21,984 nucleotides of DNA, from IMG/VR virus record IMGVR_UViG_3300012979_000028, positions 1-21,984 of that record; one strand, 5' to 3'. Made by a program: the position numbers and the translations under genes. This document shows, piece after piece, positions 15,300 through 21,984 of this stretch (positions within the stretch are counted from its first letter, which is position 1; each line of letters opens with the position of its first letter). Below the pieces are notes generated by a model. That model was not told where the DNA came from and made no database searches. It saw nothing but the letters and a program-made list of their open reading frames with translations. Source of the DNA: a virus. Taxonomy: Duplodnaviria; Heunggongvirae; Uroviricota; Caudoviricetes.

Positions 15300-17453
15300 T
15301 TAATCTCCTAGTACCTGAAGAATCTTTGTATAATCTTGAATAATATCATCTTTCGTTATTTTCAAGACTTTCATTTCCTCTTCTCCTTCTACTAGTTCTG
15401 GCTCAACGTAATCCTGTGAAGATACTACTGTTGCTCCTTGTGATTGATAGTAATGCTCTAGTAGATTAAAGCAATTTACGTAATCACAACACCTAGTAAC
15501 AATCTTCATTATAGTACTACATACTTCTTGGTTCGGAACTATTGCATTATTTCCAACAGTCATATTTACAAGTATAGCCTTTCTCTCAACTAGATCAAAT
15601 AGCCAAGCCTGTAAACTACTACTCTTCGATGTTAGCTTAGTCATGAAGGTTGGATCACTAGGTACCCATTTTACTGAAGCTACCGGAATACCATTAGTTA
15701 AGTACTCATAACCTGACCAACAAGGAAGTGTGTTAAATCCTTTTCCGGTATAGTTATTCAGAGATACAAGCACATACCTATAATTAGCTTTTATTGCCTC
15801 TTCTATGTTGATATCTATGTACTCACTGCAACCTCCACGTCTGTTTCTTACGTCACCGCTATATACTCCGATCTTAGATGACAAGTGACTATTCCAACCT
15901 ACCTTATGAAAATCACTAAAGTTCTCCTCAGCAAAATATCCATGTAGGTCTAAGTCTTCTGTTCCTGAATCATCAAGCCAGTGTACGAAGAATCTTATTG
16001 TATTAACCGACCCTGGAATATCAAATCTTGTTCCTCTCGGCATAGAAGAATCTCCTCTCATATCTACTGGAATAGGTACCTCCTCAAGAAGTTTATCCAG
16101 TACGACAGTGTGATTAAGCATCTCATCACCAGAGAATTTATTTATTATCTTACAGAATAATGCTGTTTTCATTACACTAATCACAGCTTCAACAACATCT
16201 TTAGACATTGCTGGAAGAGCTGGAATTTCTTTGTGTATCCAATTTCCTTCTTTATTCTTAAACTTAACTATTCTACCTCTATCCACCTCTCTTCCTCTAT
16301 AATAGTTAAGAACCTCTAGTAAAGTTTTATTCTTACTACTATTAAAGGCTTTTCCTAGGGTATTAATTAGGAAATTGTTTATGTTCCTTTCCTCCTTAAT
16401 ATACCTACGGAGAATTGAATCTAGTCTTCTCAATAATTCCCCTGGTCTGTGTGATAGAAACTCTGCAATATCATCCAGGTCTGCATTAGTATCATATAAC
16501 TTCTGCAGCTTAGAATTCCAGGTCTCTACATTCTTTCTACCATGATCCTTCGATAAAACTACTTTGCAAAACTCCATAGTAACTGGAAATTTTTTACTAT
16601 AATCCCCACAATGAAGGTTTCGTAGTAATAAGATCCACTGTCCTATATGCCTTGATGTATTCTCTACCCAGATTTCGTGGCTTTTATTAGTTTCCATGCT
16701 TTTCTTCACTAGTAGTTGCTCTAACATGGAAATTATATGCCTTCTATCTTTACGACTGATGGAAGCAACTTTTTCTCGCTTACCAGAAGAGAACTCACTA
16801 GATCCTGTCAACTTATATATTCCTAGTCTAAGTACATCCGTAAGTTCACTAGGTAGATAATCCGGTCTCTTATCCATAACCATAACTAGAGTCTCTTTGA
16901 ATGGTATGGTACTAGGAAGCTTACAATCCTTTATATTCTCTAGAAACCAGGTTAATTCTTCTTTTATTTGATCCGATGGTGCAGTACCTAGAGAACAAAT
17001 TGACTCCGGAATACTGTTAAACTCATCCTCACTCATGACCCCTAGAATAACTGGAGTCTTTACCACTACACCATCTCCCTTCTCTTTTTTGTTGTAGCTG
17101 AATATTGGATCATCATAACTCAACTGCTTATTATAGATCTTTTCCTGAATCTCGGATAGAGTATCTTGATCCATTTCCAATACTTGATCTGGAAATCCTG
17201 GCCAAAGTGGTTTAAAGTCCTCCTTCAAGTCATCGTGAAACTTTTCTTTTAGTAGTGGTAGAGCTTGGTGAAGATACTCTGTCATCTCTTCTGTGGAAAT
17301 ACGCTTCAGTACTTCCTTGTCGAGGTGATAACCAAATCTTTCAAACTCTGCTGTAAAGGTTTGTAACTCTTGAGCTCTTTTTAAATCTAGCTCTAACTCT
17401 TTATTACTAGTTACTAATACCTTACTTCTTCTAAATGCGATAATCTGTTTCAT
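15300..17453 (-). CDS. Large protein with C-terminal TerD-like domain
   Basis: HRPGELLRRLDSILR helical region, then IRFFVHW...DLDLHG...YSGDVR...SEYIDINI...YRYV, a TerD-like pattern. Confidence 0.6.
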   Translation of the reverse strand: MKQIIAFRRSKVLVTSNKELELDLKRAQELQTFTAEFERFGYHLDKEVLKRISTEEMTEYLHQALPLLKEKFHDDLKEDFKPLWPGFPDQVLEMDQDTLSEIQEKIYNKQLSYDDPIFSYNKKEKGDGVVVKTPVILGVMSEDEFNSIPESICSLGTAPSDQIKEELTWFLENIKDCKLPSTIPFKETLVMVMDKRPDYLPSELTDVLRLGIYKLTGSSEFSSGKREKVASISRKDRRHIISMLEQLLVKKSMETNKSHEIWVENTSRHIGQWILLLRNLHCGDYSKKFPVTMEFCKVVLSKDHGRKNVETWNSKLQKLYDTNADLDDIAEFLSHRPGELLRRLDSILRRYIKEERNINNFLINTLGKAFNSSKNKTLLEVLNYYRGREVDRGRIVKFKNKEGNWIHKEIPALPAMSKDVVEAVISVMKTALFCKIINKFSGDEMLNHTVVLDKLLEEVPIPVDMRGDSSMPRGTRFDIPGSVNTIRFFVHWLDDSGTEDLDLHGYFAEENFSDFHKVGWNSHLSSKIGVYSGDVRNRRGGCSEYIDINIEEAIKANYRYVLVSLNNYTGKGFNTLPCWSGYEYLTNGIPVASVKWVPSDPTFMTKLTSKSSSLQAWLFDLVERKAILVNMTVGNNAIVPNQEVCSTIMKIVTRCCDYVNCFNLLEHYYQSQGATVVSSQDYVEPELVEGEEEMKVLKITKDDIIQDYTKILQVLGD

Positions 17454-17481
17454 ATTTTTCTCTTTTTATTTGTGTTTTCTT

Positions 17482-17550
17482 CATACTTAAGGGTTTTAGA
17501 GGGGAAGAAAAAAAAAGAAGAAGAGCCTATCCTTAAACTCTTCTCCCTCT
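17482..17550 (-). promoter_or_regulatory. Terminator plus promoter cassette (CCTCTAAAACCCTTAAGTATG)
   Basis: Near-identical to the cassettes at 17832 and 18662; GGAGAAGAGTTTA/TAGGCTCTTCTTC stem plus T9. Confidence 0.7.
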
Positions 17551-17556
17551 AGTTTT

Positions 17557-17805
17557 TTAGTTTTTCTTTTGAGGATAATAACCTGTACCTGTACCCTCAA
17601 TAGATTTCCTTCCTAGTGCTGCTGCTAGGCGAATGTTAGATTGATGAAGCTCTTTTGCGAGATTTCTTACACTCTCAGCTTCTTCTAATCTCTGTTGAAC
17701 GTCTTTAAGCTGTTTTTTCAATTCAACATTTTTCTGCCTCTCTTTCAAAGCAACACCACCAATTGCCAGAATACCAAGTCCGGCGAAAATTAATTTTTTA
17801 TTCAT
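17557..17805 (-). CDS. Small N-terminally anchored coiled-coil protein
   Basis: LIFAGLGILAIGGVAL followed by a heptad-like charged helix. Confidence 0.7.
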   Translation of the reverse strand: MNKKLIFAGLGILAIGGVALKERQKNVELKKQLKDVQQRLEEAESVRNLAKELHQSNIRLAAALGRKSIEGTGTGYYPQKKN

Positions 17806-17831
17806 ACTTTTACTTTTTTGTGTTTTTTATT

Positions 17832-17895
17832 CACATATAAGGGTTTTAGGGGAGAAGAAAAAAAAGAAACCTATTCCTAGACTTCTTTCTTTTTT
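17832..17895 (-). promoter_or_regulatory. Terminator plus promoter cassette (CCCCTAAAACCCTTATATGTG)
   Basis: AGAAGTCTA/TAGGTTTCT stem plus T-tract, motif, A-rich leader. Confidence 0.7.
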
Positions 17896-17906
17896 ACGTA
17901 GGATGA

Positions 17907-18224
17907 TTAAAGTTTTGACAATGCATCACTTACCTCATCTAATTTTCTCTGGATGTATTTCTCAACACCCTCATCCCTCGGAATATACTTACCTGATTTC
18001 TCTAGGTAAATTGCATACTCCTTTAAGTTCACGAGCTTCTGCCACTCAGGATCAGCTTTTCGTGCAGCTAAGATTTTTTTCATCTCAGACTCCTGACAGT
18101 GAGCAGTAAATGCAACTTGTGCCGAACCTTGTATTCCAGCATTAACCGTTGCGATAGCCCCATCACACAAGGACTTCATATAAACAGCCCCTATGTCTTT
18201 CAAATCATTTAAGAAGGTTGACAT
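17907..18224 (-). CDS. Hypothetical protein
   Basis: ATG 18224 (MSTFLNDL) preceded by GGAGG is preferred over the track start at 18254. Confidence 0.6.
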   Translation of the reverse strand: MSTFLNDLKDIGAVYMKSLCDGAIATVNAGIQGSAQVAFTAHCQESEMKKILAARKADPEWQKLVNLKEYAIYLEKSGKYIPRDEGVEKYIQRKLDEVSDALSKL

Positions 18225-18634
18225 ACAGCCTCCTCCTTTCCACCAAAACGACATTCCAAGAAATTATCTATCCCTTCCCTAGTGAGATTAGGATTTTCCT
18301 CCTTATTATACGTCATTTCGTGAACCAAGTATTCCTCTGCCTCATCTCTTGTGCATGAAGCAGCGTTAAACAAGAACCTCAACTTTTCGTGTCGGTCCTC
18401 AATTCTCTCTGCGTACGTACGAAACTCCTCCGTAGACGCATAACCTTCGTTCACCCTTCTATTCAGGTAAACATTTTTGGATCTTCTCCCCTTCAATGTA
18501 GAGATGAAAAATCCGAAACAAATCTTGATACCCTGTGCAAAAGGCATCATAAATATCTGACTAAAAGCAGTCAGAACCATTGTTGGGAGCATAATTAGAA
18601 CCCCCGCAATGGATTTCATTAATTCTCTAAACAT
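18209..18634 (-). CDS. Hypothetical protein with N-terminal hydrophobic segment
   Basis: 141 aa; directly downstream of a promoter cassette. Confidence 0.7.
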   Translation of the reverse strand: MFRELMKSIAGVLIMLPTMVLTAFSQIFMMPFAQGIKICFGFFISTLKGRRSKNVYLNRRVNEGYASTEEFRTYAERIEDRHEKLRFLFNAASCTRDEAEEYLVHEMTYNKEENPNLTREGIDNFLECRFGGKEEAVCQPS

Positions 18635-18661
18635 ATTTTTATTTTATTTGTGTTTTTTGTT

Positions 18662-18722
18662 CATATATAAGGGTTTTAGAGGAGGTGAAAAAAAAAAGAG
18701 AAGATCAATATTAGTCTTCTCT
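18662..18722 (-). promoter_or_regulatory. Terminator plus promoter cassette (CCTCTAAAACCCTTATATATG)
   Basis: AGAGAAGA/TCTTCTCT stem plus T-tract ends the tRNA unit; motif at 18671-18662. Confidence 0.7.
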
Positions 18723-18729
18723 AAAATAG

Positions 18730-18781
18730 TGGCTGGGATGGGACTCGAACCCGTACGGCCTGTTATGGCCACAGGAGTTTA
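18730..18781 (-). tRNA. trnL: 3' half only of tRNA-Leu(UAA), positions 34-73
   Basis: UAA AC UCCUG, long variable arm GGCC-AUAACA-GGCC, T arm ACGGG UUCGAGU CCCAU (one C-A mismatch), acceptor strand CCCAGCC, A73; no encoded CCA. No 5' half found in the window. Confidence 0.8.
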
Positions 18782-19073
18782 CATACCCAACTTACTTTCG
18801 TAAGCACATTTCTGTTTTGGGTTTGGACTATCTCTTTACCATGCAATATTATTTATTGTTTAGGTACTTAATACGTAGTCTCTGAACCTTCCTCTTGGAT
18901 TTCAAATATATAAATATTCTCTTTCTCTAGAGGCTCGGCTGCTGATTGCCCTATATCAGTTATTTTTATAACATTCGCATTATTTATTTCTAAATATGTT
19001 GTAGTTAACTGATCTCTAAGGGTATTCCAGCAATTCTTTAAGTCACTATTATTATTTTTCAATAATAACGACC
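18782..19073 (-). mobile_element. Group I intron catalytic core (IB/IC-like; subgroup not determined)
   Basis: P AAUUGCUGGAA (19035-19025), Q AAUCAGCAG (18947-18939), R GUUCAGAGACUAC (18887-18875), S AAGAGAUAGUCC (18836-18825), P3 ACUUAA/UUAAGU, GAAA-capped P2 and P9 hairpins, terminal G at 18782. Confidence 0.9.
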
Positions 19074-19512
19074 AATTCTTTTCTAAAATTTTGTGTAAAC
19101 AAGCATGATGTTTTCTACTTAAAATAATTAGATTATTTAAACTATTATTACTAGGATTTTCATCTCTGTGATGTACAACCAAATATGGAATTTTAAATCC
19201 TAATAATTTAATAATTTTTTCTCTAGCTAAAGTATATTTACCATCTTTTGATCTTTTTACACGATTATAATTATCTACAGTTTTATGTTTATGCTTTTTA
19301 TAGCAATCAAAACAAGTATCCTGATTTGGTCTATTTTTAATTATAGTTTTTCCACAAAAGATGCATTGTGTTTCACCATAACGTTTTTGAACAAAACCAG
19401 GTTGTCTATATCTATTTCTTGCATATTCTCTTTTGTTTTCTTTCTTACAAGAAGAACAAAATTTATACTCTGTAGATAATTCACATCCACATTTTTGACA
19501 ATATCGTACCAT
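18868..19512 (-). CDS. HNH homing endonuclease with N-terminal Zn-finger-like CxxC pairs
   Basis: VVHHRDENPSNNSLNNLIILSRKHHACLH; CQKC/CSSC/CIFC/CFDC; the 3' end overlaps the intron core. Confidence 0.85.
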   Translation of the reverse strand: MVRYCQKCGCELSTEYKFCSSCKKENKREYARNRYRQPGFVQKRYGETQCIFCGKTIIKNRPNQDTCFDCYKKHKHKTVDNYNRVKRSKDGKYTLAREKIIKLLGFKIPYLVVHHRDENPSNNSLNNLIILSRKHHACLHKILEKNWSLLLKNNNSDLKNCWNTLRDQLTTTYLEINNANVIKITDIGQSAAEPLEKENIYIFEIQEEGSETTY

Positions 19513-19538
19513 AAAATATATTTTTTAGAAAAAAGTTT

Positions 19539-19556
19539 ACGATCCGAGAAGGTGGG
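19539..19556. repeat. 18-nt dispersed repeat, copy 2 (copy 1 at 8986-9003)
   Basis: ACGATCCGAGAAGGTGGG vs ACGATCCGAGAGAGTGGG, 16/18 identical. Confidence 0.65.
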
Positions 19557-19560
19557 AAAA

Positions 19561-19596
19561 GAAAAAATAAAGCCAATCTATCTCAGACTAGCTTTA
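19561..19596 (-). terminator. Terminator, copy 1 of a duplicated 29-nt hairpin
   Basis: TAAAGCTAGTCT/AGATTGGCTTTA plus T-tract; 25/29 identical to 20340-20368. Confidence 0.75.
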
Positions 19597-19649
19597 CGAA
19601 TAAACAAATATATGATATATGATATACAAGACAATGCTTATTTATTATT

Positions 19650-19710
19650 CAAATATAAGAGTTTTAGCCGGTTGAAAAAAAAATAGATAGAGCTTAACGT
19701 ACTCTACCCT
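19650..19710 (-). promoter_or_regulatory. Terminator plus promoter cassette (CTTATATTTG, an exact TAnnTTTG match)
   Basis: GGTAGAGT/GCTCTATC stem plus T9; motif at 19659-19650. Confidence 0.7.
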
Positions 19711-19730
19711 GAAGCCTCTCAGCTAACTTA

Positions 19731-20261
19731 TTAATACATTATTTTTTCAGTTTTTACTATATCTAAGTCTGTAAATGCACCTGATACTAAGTTTATACCT
19801 ACTTGTTGCAAAGCCCATCCTAAGACAGTTAAATTACCGTAAGAATCCATAGCTCTCTTATCTCCAGACTTTACTGATTCTATCTTTGGAAAATACAATA
19901 CATAATCATCAATAGAAAATTCACAATCATTAGTTTCTGAAAGTAGATCTGTAAAATTATCAAAATCTTTAATAACTCTACCATTCCATTTTATACTTGA
20001 ATTGAGCCTGAGAATATAAGGTCTTACTTCTACCCCTTCCTGATCAGTATAGATTCTTGATATTACTCTACACCCATTTTTAAGAAGAGACTCTATTTTC
20101 TCTCTAGGATAATTCTCTACGTTTATTATGATTGTTTTTCCAGTTAGATATTTAATACTCTCCGGATTTACAAAAACATCACAAGAACTTATTTTATTAT
20201 CTAATTCATCATTGAGATAAATACACTCTACTATAGACTCTAACCCTTCTAAATAAATCAT
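19731..20261 (-). CDS. Hypothetical protein
   Basis: 176 aa; preceded by motif CTTATAGGTA (20300-20291). Confidence 0.7.
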   Translation of the reverse strand: MIYLEGLESIVECIYLNDELDNKISSCDVFVNPESIKYLTGKTIIINVENYPREKIESLLKNGCRVISRIYTDQEGVEVRPYILRLNSSIKWNGRVIKDFDNFTDLLSETNDCEFSIDDYVLYFPKIESVKSGDKRAMDSYGNLTVLGWALQQVGINLVSGAFTDLDIVKTEKIMY

Positions 20262-20329
20262 ATATATAGTTTAAATTTAATTATTAACTCTACCTATAAG
20301 AATTATACCCGAACTAAGAGGCAAATTAA

Positions 20330-20368
20330 GAAAAAAAAATAAAGCCAATCTATCCCGAGCTAGCTTTA
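20330..20368 (-). terminator. Terminator, copy 2 of the duplicated 29-nt hairpin
   Basis: TAAAGCTAG...TTGGCTTTA plus T9. Confidence 0.75.
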
Positions 20369-20400
20369 TTAATGAAAGAAAAAAAATTTATAACATTTTA

Positions 20401-20458
20401 CATATATAAGATTTTGAGGTGAAAAAAGAAGAAGAGCCTCCTTAGACTCCTCCCTCTT
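20401..20458 (-). promoter_or_regulatory. Terminator plus promoter cassette (CTTATATATG at 20410-20401)
   Basis: GGAGGAGTCT/AGGCTCTTCTTC stem plus T-tract; related to the terminator at 17516-17550. Confidence 0.65.
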
Positions 20459-20464
20459 AAACCC

Positions 20465-20740
20465 CTAGACTAGCTTAATACTTTTTACTGCTAGTCCTAA
20501 TGTTATAGAATTACTCTTCTCAACCTCTCCATCTGCAAGAAGGCGAACTCTATACCGATATGGGGTCATAGAATAAACCGTGTGAACTGATCTACCACGG
20601 CTCATAGTTCTGGATATAGTGTTAAGCTCCATTGAGATCGTACATCCAGATTTAACTAACTCTTCTGACAAGGCCTTTGCTTCAGCCTCGCTTTTTACAA
20701 GGAACTTCTGCCCTTGTTTTAAATTCAGTTTATTGTTCAT
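20465..20740 (-). CDS. Small hypothetical protein
   Basis: 91 aa; own promoter cassette and terminator. Confidence 0.7.
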   Translation of the reverse strand: MNNKLNLKQGQKFLVKSEAEAKALSEELVKSGCTISMELNTISRTMSRGRSVHTVYSMTPYRYRVRLLADGEVEKSNSITLGLAVKSIKLV

Positions 20741-20766
20741 ATTTATTTGTTTGTGTTTTTTTTATT

Positions 20767-20828
20767 CATATATAAGGATCTTAGGCGATAGAAAAAAGAA
20801 AGAGAGCCTTGATATAACTCCCCTTCTT
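20767..20828 (-). promoter_or_regulatory. Terminator plus promoter cassette (CTTATATATG at 20776-20767)
   Basis: GGGGAGTT/GGCTCTCT stem plus T-tract; AAAAAAACACAAACAAATAAAT leader. Confidence 0.65.
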
Positions 20829-20836
20829 CACTTAAC

Positions 20837-21256
20837 CTAATCTTCCGAGGATAGGATGCTCTTTATTAAACTCAGCTTTTCCTCTCTAGACTCTTTTGCA
20901 GTATTAAATAACCGCTTAATATCCTCTAGTTTATCTTTACACTTTAATTTTAATGCAAGAGGATCCTTTAAGTCTTCGCTCGGAATCCAGTATCTTAACT
21001 CTAGACATATCTGTTGTACTAGTTTACGTGATAATATGTCTTCATCAAGCTTATCTATATCACACCAACCGTTAAGTTTATGTTCAAGCCGTAACCACTC
21101 TTTCTTAAATGAATCTATTTCTTCCGGGTCAATAAAACAATCATATACTCTTAGCACTGTTTTCTCGTCACCCGTGATCTTTACTAACTGAATATTAACC
21201 TCAGCGTGAAAATCAGTTATATTATAAGTTTCTTCTAGGTTTATTATTTCTTCCAT
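20837..21256 (-). CDS. Hypothetical protein
   Basis: 139-aa ORF starting 3 nt after the upstream stop. Confidence 0.7.
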   Translation of the reverse strand: MEEIINLEETYNITDFHAEVNIQLVKITGDEKTVLRVYDCFIDPEEIDSFKKEWLRLEHKLNGWCDIDKLDEDILSRKLVQQICLELRYWIPSEDLKDPLALKLKCKDKLEDIKRLFNTAKESREEKLSLIKSILSSED

Positions 21257-21258
21257 TC

Positions 21259-21984
21259 CTACATCACCCTAATTATATCTTCTGTAAATTTAACTGGATC
21301 GAAATTCTTTAGCTCTTTCAATCTATTCTTCAAGGCCTTTACTCGATCAGCCGTATCCTTATTTTTTCTTAAGTACGATATAGGCTTTTCACATACAACC
21401 TTTATAACATCTTCAGAAATACCAGTTAACTTCTGAATATCTTTATCTGTTATAGCTGGGTTCTTTAATAATAATTCACCAATAATCGGAATAGACTCTT
21501 GAACTAGAATATCAAACTTACATTTATCTATTCTCTTGTTATTAACTTCCGTAACAAGGTTGATGTAATTATTGTAAGTATATCCTATCCAATCCTTAAG
21601 CGGTATTCTAAAGGCACTATTACCATCTGTTACATTAAGTTGATAAGTCTTTAAGTTAAAACAGATCTGTCGTGCTATCTTTTCAATATCCGCATAACTA
21701 ATACCTCTAGCCCCTGGAACTCTACCTATAAATAACTTAGAACTTGTTTTGTCAGTCAAGTTTTCTATATATACTTTTCCATCCTCCACTAGTTTATCGA
21801 ATTTCTTTAGGAATTTCTTTAGGTTAGGTGTAAATATCTCAGTACCATTCGTAGTCTCAAATAATACACCTTCACTTTTTCCATCAGGGGACATAGACTT
21901 TGAAATTTTATAAGCATAGACTACCTTACCAATTCCAGTATACCATAGCTTCTCTAACTCACTATGCTCTTTATCCAGAATTAA
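21259..21984 (-). CDS. Type IIA DNA topoisomerase A subunit (GyrA/ParC/gp52-like), C-terminal part, 5'-truncated
   Basis: The frame is open to the window edge: LEKLWYTGIGKV resembles the GyrA-type aYeTGrGsi motif; KTYQLNVTDG...IPLKDWI resembles the N-x-x-x-x-dG...l.l..l segment. Confidence 0.6.
   Translation of the reverse strand, partial: LILDKEHSELEKLWYTGIGKVVYAYKISKSMSPDGKSEGVLFETTNGTEIFTPNLKKFLKKFDKLVEDGKVYIENLTDKTSSKLFIGRVPGARGISYADIEKIARQICFNLKTYQLNVTDGNSAFRIPLKDWIGYTYNNYINLVTEVNNKRIDKCKFDILVQESIPIIGELLLKNPAITDKDIQKLTGISEDVIKVVCEKPISYLRKNKDTADRVKALKNRLKELKNFDPVKFTEDIIRVM

Noticed and set aside
18209-18254. Frameshift joining ORFs 18209..18634 and 17907..18254
   Set aside because: A good internal start at 18224 with GGAGG gives an ordinary 16-nt overlap.
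18730-18781. Circularly permuted tRNA with the 5' half downstream
   Set aside because: A73 is followed within 8 nt by a terminator and then a promoter cassette; there is no D-arm sequence.
18778-18782. tRNA-Tyr(GUA) reading of the half-tRNA
   Set aside because: It would consume the intron's required terminal G. The UCCUG-UGG...CCGU pattern and the GGUC guide fit Leu(UAA) with the junction at 33/34.
7923-21191. Plus-strand track ORFs 7923..8108, 8311..8631, 10447..10674, 13742..14014, 17903..18109, 18389..18598, 18609..18803, 19285..19479, 19495..19686, 20619..20840 and 20856..21191
   Set aside because: They are antisense shadows of better minus-strand genes or span terminators, the tRNA half and promoters. 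They show the F/L/S/I-rich composition of reverse-complemented coding DNA and lack promoter cassettes.

Overview
AT-rich, gene-dense fragment of a large tailed phage genome using the standard genetic code. The host is probably a Bacteroidota species; this is inferred from A-rich, mostly SD-less leaders and a TAnnTTTG-like promoter motif. Bases 1-6378 (+) are the end of a tail module: tail fibre, LamG/CBM lectin protein, two paralogous fibre-like genes and a GT2-like glycosyltransferase. Bases 6421-21984 (almost all -) are an accessory region built largely from terminator-promoter-gene cassettes. It encodes many small membrane proteins, a nucleoside deoxyribosyltransferase-like protein, a Vsr/DUF559-like nuclease, an Ig-like protein, a TerD-like protein and the C-terminal part of a type IIA topoisomerase A subunit. 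Most notable: (1) a complete-looking group I intron core with an HNH gene, joined to the 3' half of tRNA-Leu(UAA), whose 5' exon is absent from the window; (2) an unannotated ~185-nt RNA made of two covarying hairpin units; (3) four otherwise unrelated proteins sharing an N-terminal MxIxRx(0,1)KxF[SH] tag, two of them frameshifted just after the tag; (4) 16 copies of a CTTAWnnnTR promoter-like motif. All protein calls come from motif recognition by eye; no searches were run.
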